DNA from: Amphiscolops sp. MND2022
Taxonomy: Eukaryota
Length of the DNA stretch: 64,000 nucleotides
Direction of reading: 5' to 3'
Assembly (NCBI GenBank): GCA_964187785.1
Contig: OZ076413.1
Span: forward strand, 50,346,001 to 50,410,000
Shown piece by piece: positions 46,950 to 60,394 of the stretch (the stretch's first letter is position 1; each line of letters begins with the position of its first letter). The notes below the pieces were generated by a model. That model was not told the DNA's origin. It made no database searches and saw nothing but the letters and a program-made list of their open reading frames with translations. Made by a program: the position numbers and the translations under genes.

Positions 46950-48519
46950 TAGTTGTAGTAGTCGTTCGGATGCCGTGGCTTCGGAAGTTTTTTGGCTGAT
47001 TGGTAGAGTTGTCGACATATTCCTGTTGGTAGTAAGTATCACTTTTCTCTGCTCCTTGGTCTGTTGGTGTGTGATCTGTCTTTTCGTTGGCTGGGTAGTG
47101 ACCATTTTGAGCTCGTCTGAAGTCACGTCGAAAGTCCCTGTTTTCCGTTGTGGATTGTCGGTTGTAGGGCACACTCCCGTATGCTGAAGTATTCGGTATT
47201 CGGTACCGACAATCTTTTGCGGAATGTCCTGTGTAGCCGCAATTTTGGCACACTAATTTGGCGTTAAATTTTGGTTGTGTTTCTGTTTGGGTGTTCGTTT
47301 GCTGTTCAGACGTTCTGTGAGCCTGGGAGTTATTGTGTCCGGCTGCCGCGTCTCGTTGTCGTTTTCGGCACTCGGCCCATTTGTGTCCGTAGATTGCACA
47401 GTATCTGCAGTTTCCGTCGAACTTCTTCTTGACAGGAGGTCTGTCGGTCTCAATTTGTTTTTGGATGACCGGTTTGCTTGGGGCTTCTTGTGTTTGAACG
47501 GCTTGGTTGAATGGCTGGAGAAGCTGTTGGTTAGGCAGTAATTGGACATATTGGCATCGCCTCTGGACGAACGTTTTTATTTCTTCGATGCTGGCGTCAT
47601 GTTTGCCAGCAATTGCTAATTCGTTCTGAAGTTGAATGGGCAGTTTCGCGAATAGGAATGTCTGGACTATTTCTTGTGCCTTGTCTCCATAAGCTTGTTT
47701 CGCGACTTTCTTGTAGTTTGCGAGGAAGGTGCTGAATGACTCGGTGGTTGGATCGTATCGGAGCTGATCGAATTTGAATTTTGAGACTTCGGTTAGTTCC
47801 TCCTTAGCGTACTCTTTCTTGAAGGCGGCCAGTATATCTCGAAGAGTGGTTTCTGTTTTAATCTTTAACGTTTGTCAGAATTCAATGGCATCGTCTTTCA
47901 GGAGGCTCTGGAAATAGTTGAGTTTCTGTTCTTCTGTGAGTTTGTGAGCATGCGGCCGTAAATGGTTGAGTAGCAAATGCTCGAACTTGTTGTACTTCTC
48001 CCTGTTTCCTTTGAATAGTGGTACTTGTGTTTGTAGTATTTTCGGTTGGGTGAACGTGTCGCCCATTGTATTTCGAAGGTGGTGAATTTCGGTCATCACG
48101 TCGGTCAATTGTGGTGCGCTGACATCGCTTCTGGGGGTCGCGTTTGGTGGGGTCGTTCGTGAGCCTGACGGTTGTGGGTTCTGTACTCCTGTCACCATGT
48201 CGGAATGACCATTGGCACTAAGCTTTGCTATGGTAAGTCCATTCCCTTCTCTATGATTAGAGGATATCTGTTGTGTCAGTGCGAGAACTAAGTCGGTCAG
48301 TTCTCCAATTTGTCTATTCATCTCGTAGAATCTCTGATCGATCACGTTCCTTTTAACGTGATTTCGGTCGTTTAGGAGATTGTCACTATCTAACTCCGTC
48401 ATTTGTTCTCTAGATAAGACGTCTGGAAAACTCGCTTCGCTTTCATTGTCGCTTGTTCGATATATATTTATATTTTCAGTTTGGAAATTTCTACTACTCT
48501 GTGACCTGGTAGTTACCAT
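46950..48519 (-). pseudogene. gag: gag of element D; starts inside the 5' LTR and has two CCHC knuckles
   Basis: ATG at 48519 (MVTTRSQ); VPLFKGNREKYNKFE; CRYCAIYGHKWAEC (~47410-47365) and CQNCGYTGHSAKDC (~47250-47209). Contains stops and frameshifts. Confidence 0.85.
48185..48197 (-). promoter_or_regulatory. PBS of element D (TGGTGACAGGAGT, possibly tRNA-Leu-like)
   Basis: TGG directly follows the LTR-terminal CA. Confidence 0.75.
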
Positions 48520-49500
48520 ATAAACAAAATGATGGGGTTTTGAAGGTTTATTGTGTAACAATATTTGTAATCACGAAAAGTTTAATGTAATTCTAAGTGA
48601 AATGCAACAAGTCAAAGTAGTCAACTATGCAGTATGGATATCTCCGTAATTGTGTCCTCTCTGGTGTCGACGCCTTGCTGGTCCCGGCGTCTCGACACCT
48701 TTTGTATCAACCAATCGTATTGCGCTCACTAGCAGGTGTTAATTAGCATCAATGCCGAATATGAACATAATGTAGGACCGGTCGTTTCAGTCGTTATAGC
48801 AACCGTTTTGGTTCGTTTGATCCAATTATAGCAGCAACGTAATGTGTATGACTGCGCCTCTTAGTCATCATAGCACTCAATTATGGTAGTTACCAATTTA
48901 GCCCAGAGAGCAAAACTGCATGATATGGTTGTCATGGTTATTTTATACTAGTGATACGAATGTGTACATGTTGAAATCTAATAAAGTACATAATCACGTT
49001 TAAAATAATGGGTATGATGACTGAGTATTTCAGTCCTACATGTGTGGATACTTGGTCAAATATGAGATTTACTGTATTGAACTGGTGAAATATGTTGTTG
49101 ACGACTGATAACTTCAGTCATGGTTACATGTATATTTAGACAAATCGGGATAATAGACATTGATGACGGTACAGATACTCATTGACGACTGACAATCCCA
49201 GTCGTTATTATATCAATATATAAGTGCACCGTAACTAGGAACATCATGATAGTGGTGAGTAACTTTGACGACAGAATATTTCAGTCATGTTTGCATGTAA
49301 TTAACTAAAGTGGTCGTCGTTGCGCCAGAAAATATGAATTTGACGACTGGTTAAGCCAGTCGTCGTTTGTTTAACAGCACTGCTTAGCAAAGGAATTATG
49401 GCTTTTAACGTTACATGACAACTTGGAATTCAAGGTATTTATTTAAATGAAACAGTTTTTCGAGTTCCCACTCCTTCCTTCATGCTGTTCGGGCATGACA
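48198..49500 (-). repeat. 5' LTR of element D
   Basis: Copy of 32418-33720, flanked by the TSD GAAAT at 49501-49505. Confidence 0.95.
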
Positions 49501-49655
49501 GAAATAAATTCTCAATGTTCAGTTGCTTTGTATTTCAAAAAAAAGAATGATACACAAACCCCAAATCACTATTTGATTACCGCCAAGACGATCTGATGTA
49601 AACGCTACTGGCTCATTTGCAAACTAAAGGTCCTTTATCGACTGATGTTGTTCAG

Positions 49656-50209
49656 GTGCAAAAAAGGTAGATCCAAGACGGTTTCCAAAATCTCTTCCTG
49701 GGGGCCTAGTGAAACATAAGAGCTCGACACATGTAGCATTGTGCAGAGATGCTGTCAATTACATAATCACCAACAAAACTGTATCCCATGCTCTTCTCCA
49801 CGCGTTAGCCCCTTACCCAATCAACGATGAATCATTTTTCGGCACTCTGCAGTTCAATAATGAATCTCTGACTGGATTTCCTGGAAAACTCATCAGTTCC
49901 ACCAAGAGCAGAGGTTATGTCAGATACAAAAGATGGACCACGAAATGCCGCAGTGGGTTATATCAGCGAGGCATTTGTATTCTTGGAATAAAAGATTTGT
50001 CAACATTGGTTTCTAAAAATGTTTACGGAAAATATTTAGCAGCTAATAAATTCTTGTGGAAATTTCAACCAATGGCGTGGGACTGTTTGCAGAACTGGCA
50101 TTACCTGAAAACTGAGGAGGAGTATAAGACAGGAAAGATAGCGTTTGATGCCGAATATTTAATTAACAATCTTTATTTCCAGGAATCCTCATTTCAGCAC
50201 AATCCATGA
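49656..50209 (+). CDS. GT14/GCNT-like glycosyltransferase, exon 3 (terminal)
   Basis: Acceptor TTCAG| at 49655, phase 1 matching exon 2. Motifs DESFFGTL, RYKRW, CRSGLYQRGICILGIKDL, ANKF and DCL. The spliced CDS is 1305 nt (434 aa). Confidence 0.9.
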
Positions 50210-51000
50210 AACATGAAACACCGACAAAAGTTTAGTGGAATATCGAAAAATTTGTACAAATTGAATCCCGTTGATCCTGCTCAAGCTTTATTAAAATTCA
50301 GACAATTTTTCGATTTGAAGAACATTTTTATATTTTCTAGATTGCGATTGTTCAAGTGAAATATTTGGTCAATTACGTTTTGGGGCAAATTAGACCTATG
50401 CCCGAAGTGAGCAACTGCTTGAAAACCGAGGCCCACAAAACTCAAAAGTTTTGCAGTTGGAAACTAATCAGCATATTTTGGAAGAAACAAGTAAGCAACA
50501 CAAAGATTTGTCGTTTCGAACTTTCCAACTTTTTTGGCAGCGGAAGAATTTCCCGCCAGTGTCTATTTTTTGATTGAAAAACTTCTACTGAATTTCATTG
50601 CTCGACCCGGAAATAGTTAGCCAGCAAGCAATCATTTTTTTGGTTCCAAGAAAAAAATTCAGTTCAGTTCGAAAAAAATTCCATCTTTGTTCACTAAGAA
50701 ATGGAGTGGATATTGGCTTAAAGTATAGGTTCAAATCAGAACAGAGTATTTTGCATGTTAAAGTCCGATTTGGCTGTGACAGCGCTTTTTCAAACTTTTA
50801 CACCCCTGTGATTTTTTTCTGTTAATCAAGACTATATCAAAATTCTGAAAACTAAGGAACCATAAACAGCGACAATAGTGCGGAATATTTTCACCTTTGA
50901 ACAATCCTTGCCCAAAAGGCAACAATTCGAAAAATTTTTTGTTTTGGCATTTTAGTTTTTACAAAATTCTTTCATATTGTGTCTTCTCTCTAAAGATCAT

Positions 51001-51490
51001 CCCTGGTTGGAGCTGCTTGAATTTTTTACCAGTATTTGGAGGCTACCAAACTAATTCTCCATGATTTTATAAATTTCTCAAGGAAACGTCCATGCATTAA
51101 AACTTCACTGGTGCAATTTAATTTTATCAAGCTGCCTATAAGATACATCCTAAATTTGGCGGCGATTCCGAGCCGCGACGTTTTGCAGATTTCATCAAGA
51201 CGCCGTTCTAATTTTGAAAGCAGCAGAGACCTTCATCAAATTTACCGCGATTTCAATGCAAATAATTTTCAGTCACATAAGTTTCAAAGTAGCGTCATAT
51301 TCAGCGTGCTATTTGACTGATGGCGTTTACATAAGGTAGTTGAAAACAAAGTGATCGCGGTGGTGAAAAAGTGGAAATGTTTTCAGTTTTAACTCAAATA
51401 GTGAAAGCTTCATAGTAATCCTACAAAATGTTTCCATGCATTGTTCCTGAATTTTCCATGTTTTATAAAAAATTAGCCGGCATTTTTTGA
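51001..51490 (-). repeat. Dispersed repeat, inverted homolog of ~7690-8187
   Basis: Shared blocks seen by eye; starts CCCTGGTTG. Confidence 0.6.
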
Positions 51491-53079
51491 AGGTGCCTTT
51501 AAAACTTTGCGGCAACTTTGACTAGGGTTCGTAAAATCGCATGATACGAAGATAATTTTTTGTTATTTCAATTCTATGAATTCAGTTCAATCTTCGAACC
51601 TAAAGTAGACTTGAGCAAAACATGAACAAAATGTCACAGAAAAGGTATATTTCCGATGTGGAGCTACTTTTTTCAAATAGGAAGGAACGAATATCTTTGG
51701 ATATACTAAGAGTCCGCGAGGAATTGAGCGAATGATCCACGATTGAGAGTAAAAACTTGATTCTACTTCCATGTGTATTTCCAGTTGAAAGTTTCCCTTA
51801 GCAATGGGAGTGAATAAGGCTGTGTATTTTAGAGAGTGTAACCGTTAGAGAAAAACAAAATTGAACGAATGATTGGGTCAGATGACACGGAACTTGCAGG
51901 GTAGTGTGCTCATCAGGGTCAATCTGTAAGATGCTGTTTTGTCTAATGCATTATTTTGAAAACAAAATTTAAAAACTTATCAATCAGCTGCCGCCTGTGA
52001 CTGTACCAGGATAACAACTAGAGCCAATGGACAGAAGATAGCACCGGGCACATTGCTTATTTATTGAGGACTGAAACGCTACAAACTATTCCTATTTTTA
52101 TCTTGATGTGTTTTGTTTAGTATTTTTTCGTAGTATTAGTCTGTTAAACGTACGATTTCGTGAATCCAAATCAATTTGCTAGATTTTGTCAAAAGACGTA
52201 GTAATTGTAAATTACACTGTTGCAGGTTGAATACAACTATAAGGCAGCAAAGGAAACGTGTTCAAGTGACGTAAAGTGCTATTCCGAAAACGTCACTTGA
52301 GCACGTAATCGCAGCCAATCACATTTCTTTATTTATTGTTTTTTTGATACTTCTGTTAATTAATGGCCGAATAAGGCCAATTGACGCAACTCCTCCAATC
52401 TTGATTAGCGATGCAGTCAAATAGCCGGTTCCGGCCATTTCATGGAAGCGCTTAGTTATGAATTGAATTATGCTCATAATCAACCAGTAATTGGGTGCTT
52501 GTGTTCTATGCTTTAAAGAGATGCTTCTGTGCAATAGTTAGAGACCAAAAGCTCGCTATTACTTGCCGATTAAGGACATTTACCTATAGTATGTCAGTGC
52601 TTACTAAACGTGAGGCAAATAGCCCATTCAGGCAGTTTTAATATATTTGTTGTTACGTGTAATTTGCAGTTCAGTTAGAGTAGTATAACCTATTAGGTCA
52701 TGTGCGACACGTGCCTACAGTGAATATTTACAATTCCTCAAATTTTTGTTGTTGCTTTGATGTGATTGATGAATTAGAGGTATTCATTTGATGTCACGAA
52801 TACCTGTGATTTGTTGCGTAAAATATTTTCATACCTCTTCGATGATGAAGGTCATATGACTTAATAGGATTGAAGTCACTATATGTCATATGACTTATTC
52901 TTGATCAGAAAATGTAAAGAATGTAGAAGTCATCCTCTCAGGAGTATATATTCCAGTATCTCGCCTGCGAGGGACACTTTTTAGATTTGCATACTCTGAT
53001 AAAGATACTTCCTACAAACGGTTTCACTGTTATTTTTCCGATACTCAATAATTCAGTTGTTTGTACTCGGACATTGCTA

Positions 53080-54345
53080 ATGCCTACTACAAGAAAACAG
53101 AAAAAGGCAGGAAAGTCAAAAGGACTAGAGATGCTGTCAAGTATAGGAAACCTTGACATAATGATAGGTGAAAGGCACTCTGAGAGAGAAGAAAGTGTTG
53201 ATAGCAATCTTGCTAGGAGACCTGAAAGCACAAACAGCAACCTCTTTGAAAACATTAAGACAATTCATGCTTGAGCCCTAGAAGGGCCGGATCTAGTGAT
53301 AATGCCGGTCTTGGCCAAAACTCTACGAGTTCTAACTCTGGTTGTGAGATCAATAGACTATCAAATGAAATAAACTCCAGGATATCTAGGGAAATGGATG
53401 AGATGATGAACAGTGTTAGTGTTCAGATCCAAAGGGCAATCAGTGATGCAATTAATAGTCAAGTATTGCCTCAATTGCTTCAAGTCCAAAACTCTCATAA
53501 CGCTGGATCGGGACGAACGACACAAAAAGGATGGAACGTTCAGGCTGAGAGACCGGAATACATTTCCAATGATAGCTGCAACGAGAGAATCAGGAGTAAC
53601 TCTAGAGGTGAGTTTGGTCGCAATCACCTACAAGACGATATCAGAGACCAAGCTTACGACATGGTGACAGAAAACAACGAATCTCCAATTCAGGTTCCTG
53701 AATTTTTCACGGGACGGATGTCTTCACGAAGTCATCTCAACCAATCCCATGATGACCTCAGTCCCCAACTCGACACGACTGCAGACTCAGACCCAATCAA
53801 CAAATTAGCCGACATCTTGACAAGTTTGCTAAATCGACCAACAGCCCAGCAACTCACTATCCGACCGGTCAACTCTAATACAATGACTTTTGACGGCAAA
53901 AGCGAGAAATTCGAGCTGTTTAAAATCTATTCCACACGATGATCAAGATGTCTGAGCAAATGAAGATCAACCATTTTCACTCACTTTTGATGAAGAATGC
54001 GTTGCAAACATTCAGAAACATTAGTACCTCTTCCCGACAAACTCTTGAAGACGTATTAGTCATCTTCAGACGCAAATACGTCAAGCCTGAGTCACAAGCG
54101 ACTGTCAAACACAAGTGGCAACGTCTGGTATATTACCCGAACACGATGAAACTATCAGACCTCATCCAAGAAAGACGACTCAAAAGTTTTTCTTCGCCAC
54201 GACTCCAATATGACCAACTAGTATCCGTCCGACAATACATCAGGTCGGATCCCCCAACAAAAACGTTTTATAACTACAAACAACAATTGATGGGCTACCC
54301 CTCTGTTGTCTGACAGCAACAGATGGATAAAGCTACTATTACCAA
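53080..54345 (+). pseudogene. gag: gag of element E (frameshifted, truncated)
   Basis: MPTTRKQ start; DMVT spans the putative LTR/PBS junction; MKINHFHSLL...FRRKYVKPESQAT. Confidence 0.75.
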
Positions 54346-54669
54346 TAATAACATCCATTTGTATCAAGAACCAATTCTTGTTTGAGACCTTGACTAATAC
54401 AACAATATCCGTTTCAGGCCCATTCCTTTGATTGACGATTACAATTCAATGTTTATCGATCCAGGCTATGGCAGAGATCGGTATTGGGATACTGAGATCT
54501 ACAACCAGGATCTCTTGCAAGTCCAATACGTCCTAGATAACATAGAACACTACAAAACAGCAGTACACGAAAATCCTCCAATATCACACGATAAGAAAAC
54601 GTGAGCCCTGGTTGAAAATTGGCAAATGAGTGATGGCACCAACCATCCAGTGTTCCTAAACCCATTGGG

Positions 54670-57600
54670 AACCGAGACCCCTGAAATCCCTGAAACGAAG
54701 CCTACAAAATCCCTATTGAATGAGAAGCAATTTCAAAATGTCCTTATCACCAAAGACAGTGATCCAGATTGTATACCACTATCGACTAATATCAACCTCG
54801 AATGTAAGAAGCGCATGTTATATTTCCCAATGCAATTTGGGGAATTAACCATAGACGGCCTAACCGAGACTGGAGCACTATCCATTGCAATCCCTGTAAT
54901 GAACCTCCGGAAAATTCGACTCTTATCTCCACAGTCTGTAATCCGGGAAGGTCCGCCTCCGATTTTCCAGATCATTGTCGCAAGTGGACAATTAGAAACT
55001 CCTAAAAGCACAATTGAGCCTAAATTGGAGGTTGGTGACATCCAATTCCATGAAATCTTCATAGTAATGGAACATTTGACAGTACCAATCATGTTCCTGC
55101 AGCGAAATCATACAGCTCTGGACATGAGACAAAGAATTCTGAATTTCCCCTTCTTCTCTATGCAGCTAAAAACAGCTGACCACCGATATTCCAATGTCTT
55201 GGAACCAATCCTCAACCCCACGGAAAAAACCATTCCACCGATTGACAGAGTCCTAATTAGGACAAACACCTTACTTTACCCTGAAAATGCTGTCACTGGG
55301 ATACTGCAACCGAGCGAAGAAGACAACATTACCTTTTGCCCAGCTTTGGTCACGCTGAACGATAACAATATATCGATACCTGTGATTAACTCCACGGACC
55401 ACCCCTATAAACTCAAAAAGGGACTCCATACTGCTAGCTTCTCTGGTACGACGCCAGAACAAATGAAATACGTCAAACCAGATGATCCGGCATCGACTTG
55501 GCATCTCTTACAAAACAACCAAGAGCAGGCAGCCCATTATGTCAGTAGCTTCATTAGGACCAATAAAAGTTCTCAGAACTCGGAAAATCATTGCTTCCCG
55601 ACTCCGGAAAACCCAGCAAACCCAGAAGAGCAAACGCCAATCCAGAAAAGGATATTACGGGAACTACAGTCTCTACAGGACCTAGAAACACTCGATCCTA
55701 CTACAGATGAGGAATCTAGAGCAAAGTTCGTGGAAAATTTTGATTGGAAAGATTCCATTTCAGCCACTGATGAAAAAGAGAAAATCGTGGAATTATTAGT
55801 GGAATTCCACGACATTTTGCAATACATAGATTCGACATAGGTATGAATGAGGAATTCAAGGTCAAACTGACCCCCAAGGATGATTCCCCAGCCTACAGTC
55901 AGAGCCTCCCAGCACCCATAAATTTGAAAGAAGACATTCTTTTCGAACTAGCCTTGTTGCACAAATATGGAAGAATCACTACTTTGCCATTTTCCAACTG
56001 TGCTAGCCAGCAAACGCCAATCGCCCAAAAGAAGTCAAATAGGAAATTCCGTCTACTGGTTGACTTGAGAAAAATCAACAACCTACTTTCGGATAATTAC
56101 ATAAACACTAATCATTCGTGTCAGTTCTCTAGTCGAAACCGCCCAACACATGGCAGGCAAAAAGATGTTTCGCAAATTAGACTGTTCCCAAGCATATCAC
56201 TGCCTGCAAATGGCTGACCAACGATCAATTGAGAAGTTGGCATTCAATTTTGCTATTCGCACATTTGTATACAGGCAGTTAGCACAAAGCCTTAGCAGGG
56301 CGTTGTCCGCATTTTCAAGTTTTATGAGAGAATTTCCTGATAAAGTTATCAAAACGGATCAGTGTGCCCAGTACGTGGACGATATCGGCATTGCAGTCAA
56401 TGACGCAGACCATCTCATCGCTAACCTGAGAGCAACCATCAAATGCATCCAGGAAGCAGGCCTTAAATTGACGATGCATGGATGTCATTTTGGTGCAACA
56501 GAAATTGATTTCCTTGGACGAACGATTACCCCACAAGGCGTTAAACCTCAGAAACAGACCGTACAGAACCTTTCTGAGAAAACCAAATTTCCGAAGTCGA
56601 AAAAAGCTTGGCAACGCTATTTGGGATTTTTATACTACTACAGAAACTATGTCCCAAGACTGTCCGAACGCCTTCCCCATTCTAAAAGATGCTGAAAAAA
56701 GAAGAAAAGGTCTTTGTATCGAAAGAATTAGTCCAACAATTTGAGCAAATCAACAAAGCACTTGATAAATGCTGCGAGTTGGCCTACAGTAATCTCTTCT
56801 GAATAAGCACATTGCACTAATGTCAAATGCAAGTTTTGATGCCGCGAGATACGCAAACTTAATTGAAGACGACCCGAATCAGAAATTCACCGCACTGCGA
56901 AAGTCATATGCACCTTCCGCTTACGGTTCAAAAACCTTGACCCCAGCCCAGATAAAGATGTCCATTTATGCGAAGGAATTTCTGGCGATTTACTTTGCAT
57001 TAAAAAAATTTGGGCATATTTTCTGGGGTGCGCCGAAACCGGTCATTATCCTAACTCATAATAAAGCCGTCACGCGTTTTTTCCAAACAAAAATCCAAAC
57101 CCCCAGCTCTGTGGAATGCTTGCGACAACGTAATACAATTCCATTTTGTCATTGCGCACATCCCAGGAGCACAGAATACGGCAGCGGATTATTTGTTCCG
57201 TCTGGAAGCTGATCCGAAGGATAAACTAGTCATGAAAATCAGAGAGGACGTACAAACTGTCCCAATCGGAATAAACGTGCAATAGACAGGAGTCTCACAG
57301 GAAGAACAAATCGTCTAAACAAATTATGATGATGAGACAAAAGAACAATATTGGGCGAGAAAAGAAGCAATCAGGAAAAATCCCGCCATAGAAGAACCTG
57401 CTGTAACGATACAAACACTGTCCACAAATTTGGTCAAACAACAACCCGAAATCCAAGTCCGACTACGGAAGACGAACCAGATAATTATCGAGCAATCCAA
57501 AGATGCACCAATCGAAGTTACACCAATTGAAGGCAAACCTTCTTCATGAAGAATATTCCGAAAACATACTGCAACATGATGCTCGATACAGACATTATGC

Positions 57601-59357
57601 AGACAACTGAGAACGAATTGTAGTTAAGGAAGATATCCTGACCAGGCAATACTTCGACGAAACAGGGAATGTGAAGTACCATCGAATCTTTCCCCCACAA
57701 CACCGACCCCAGGAACTGCACCAGTCCCTTCATGGGACAGCACATAAGCACCTTGGCATTTCAAAGGTGTTACAGGAGATCAGACAGAAATATTACTACC
57801 CTAGCATGGCCAAGTATGTTAAAAAGTGGGTATAAAGGTGCGAACAATGTGCAAAGGACAAATGCGTCCTCAATGCAACGATCACGCCTGAACTACCTAA
57901 CTTGCAGGAATGGGACCTTGGACCCGAAGACGCTATGCAGATCGACTTATTGCCGAATCTCCCCCCCAAGTGGAGGATATGAAAATGTTCTAACTGCAAT
58001 TGAAGTCTTCTCTCGATATCTGTTCGCTTATCCCCTTACGGACGAATCAGCAATCAATGTAGCAAAATTGGTCATTGATATAATGACTAAACATGCGTGT
58101 TTACCAACAACGCTCATTACTGACAAAGGAACTACATTCACTGCCACAATTATTGCGGAGATTACGCAAATTTTGGGATTTACACTCAAATGTGCAACGA
58201 CAAAACACTCGCAAACAATTGGGAAATTAGAGCGGACTCATGCCTCACTGAAAAAAAATCTCAAAATGGCATGTGGGGAATACCGCCGACAATGGCACAA
58301 ATATTTGCCATTAGCAGTTATAAATCACAATACCAGTTACCATGCCAGCATCGGTAGTTCATGGAAGAATTCCATATAATATCTTGGATCACAAGGTTGG
58401 ATAACCAAAAGAGCAGATCAATCACACAACCGATTTGCGGAAGAAATCCAGAATCGGACAAAGCTCCTAATTGATAAAACAAGGAAAAAATCATGCAATC
58501 ATATATCAGATACAAGGAGTATTTTGACCGCAATGCAAAAGCTGCTCCACTCAAGGAGAATGAATACTGTTTTGTATTGCAGCCGAAAGCGGATCACCAA
58601 GGATCAAAAAATTCCATTCAGAGATTACCGTTGGGGTGGGCCATTTATAGTCCAAAAGGTACTACCGAATTCGAATTACGATTTACGCCTACTCAGTACG
58701 AATAAAACTCAAATATTGCATCGAATTCGCCTTAGAAAGTTTGTTCCCAATCAACCGCTTCAAAAAAATTTCCGAGAAGAGCGATTGCAGCCGGTTGAAA
58801 AAATCGTCACTCCGCAAGGCGATTTATACACAATAACGTGGGACACAAAGGTTTGCGAACAGCTAGCAACACGAGGCAACGAGCCTATTCCGACAAGCTC
58901 ATCGAAAGGCGAACGGCCGAGTACGGCAGAAGCAAATTCGAGTGACGCACACGAGAATCAAGCGGATTACATAATCATGAGAGACGAATTGAATGGTCCT
59001 ACCGACGCGGCGCATAGCCGAACTGAAAGATTAAATTTTGACGTAAGCGAAAGAAATGAAGCTAATGAAGCTGCTAGAGATGAAAACTATGAATGGCCGA
59101 ATCAATCCGGCCGTTTACCCCAAAATGCAGAAAAATCTTTGCCGAATTCGTCCGAAAGACTATAAAATGTTGCAAATTTTTCAGAAAGAAGATATTCTAT
59201 TGAAAACGATGCACAAATTTCTTCAAAAGAAGGGGATGGTATTATCGTGCCCGAAATATCCCAAAGCGATGATAGAAAAGAGAATCTGAACGCTAGAGGA
59301 GGGAAATATAATGTCAGGCCTAACCCTAATCCAAACTACTCAGAAGACTTTAGATAA
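54670..59357 (+). pseudogene. pol: pol of element E, first copy (PR, RT, RH, IN), degenerate
   Basis: GLTETGA (mutated DTG), YVDD, integrase EVFSR/TDKG/LERTH, GPF motif and many frameshifts. Confidence 0.9.
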
Positions 59358-59717
59358 TAAGAAACGAATTCTTCCCGAAAACGGGAGTTCTTTTCTTTTT
59401 ATCTTTCTTTACTTTTTTCTTGGCCCCTTGCTATTACTTTGAATATGGGGCATTTCAACAATGATCCTTTTCAATCACAAAATTCGGGATCAAGAAACCA
59501 AAACAGAAGCAAATGCGTAACGCCAAATCACACAGTGAAACGAGCAAAACTCGTAGCGCGTATCAGAAATTAAAACGCGTTTCTATTGGCTATTAATCGA
59601 ACTAGCAAGATCTTGCTAGTTCGCTGCGACAAATGTATCGTAATGTGACAATCAAAAAATACAAACAGAAAATGGACAAAGTTTACGGTTCAACTGTACA
59701 TAGATAAATATGCACAG

Positions 59718-60394
59718 TTAGTCTTTAGAAAAGCCGGCTGTGGACTCCACTATAACAGAGGAAGACCTTGATCGGGAGAGGCTCTTATCCATCCGCCTCC
59801 GCTTGCTGTCGCTAGACAGTTTAACAGCTGGTGCATCTTTCACGGAAGAAGTATCAGCAATTGCAGCACTCTTAGCACATACTTTCGACCCAGAGAGAGC
59901 AGAACGATGAGAAGACATAAAGGATTTGTAAATGGACGAACGTCCCAAAATGTCCCAATATGTCCAAGGGTTATAATCAGGGGTAAATCCAGACTGTCCA
60001 AACGAAGCTGAGAGCAATGAGAATTTGTCGAGATTGACATCGGAACAACAGAGAGCTACGGAATCAGGAACCTCAGACAAATAACTTTGGCAGGGTAAGA
60101 CTACATCTGCTACTCGGAACTGAAGGCCTTTGGTATCTATTTTTCCCATGGCTGGCTACGGCTGGGTACTGAGGACTAACTGAAGTTAGGCATAAACAGC
60201 ATTAGGTTGAAAAGGTAACAAATATGCTCATGTGATTGAAAGAACTTCAACCACATGAAAAACTCTACAAGGTCAGGTGGTCCACCAGTGAGGCCAAAGT
60301 CAGAAGAATGGTTCGTCCGGAGATAGTCCAATAATGCTAGGTACTCATCCCTGCAGGAAACCTCGTCCTCAGTAATAACATCCATTTGTATCAA
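59718..60394 (-). pseudogene. C-terminal fragment of an antisense cargo gene in element E, apparently homologous to the D cargo
   Basis: RDEYLALLDYLR...DLVEFF...YNPWTYWDILGRSSIY compared with D cargo LQQYREMVKHFK...DIVAMW...CVPWEQLLKVGINDLY. Both end in an S/K-rich tail and sit at the same antisense post-integrase position. Confidence 0.55.

Larger units (their letters stand above)
32418..49500 (-). mobile_element. Gypsy LTR retrotransposon D (17.1 kb including the nested DNA transposon), with degenerate gag-pol and an antisense cargo gene
   Basis: 1303-bp LTRs at 32418-33720 and 48198-49500, about 98% identical by eye, with TGTC...GACA termini. 5-bp TSD GAAAT, PBS 48185-48197, PPT 33721-33734. 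Confidence 0.95.

Noticed and set aside
51837..53079. Defined 5' boundary of the LTR of element E
   Set aside because: No second LTR copy, matching inverted terminus or TSD lies in the window. Local palindromes (GTCATATGAC twice, TCAAGTGACGT...ACGTCACTTGA) are insufficient to fix it.
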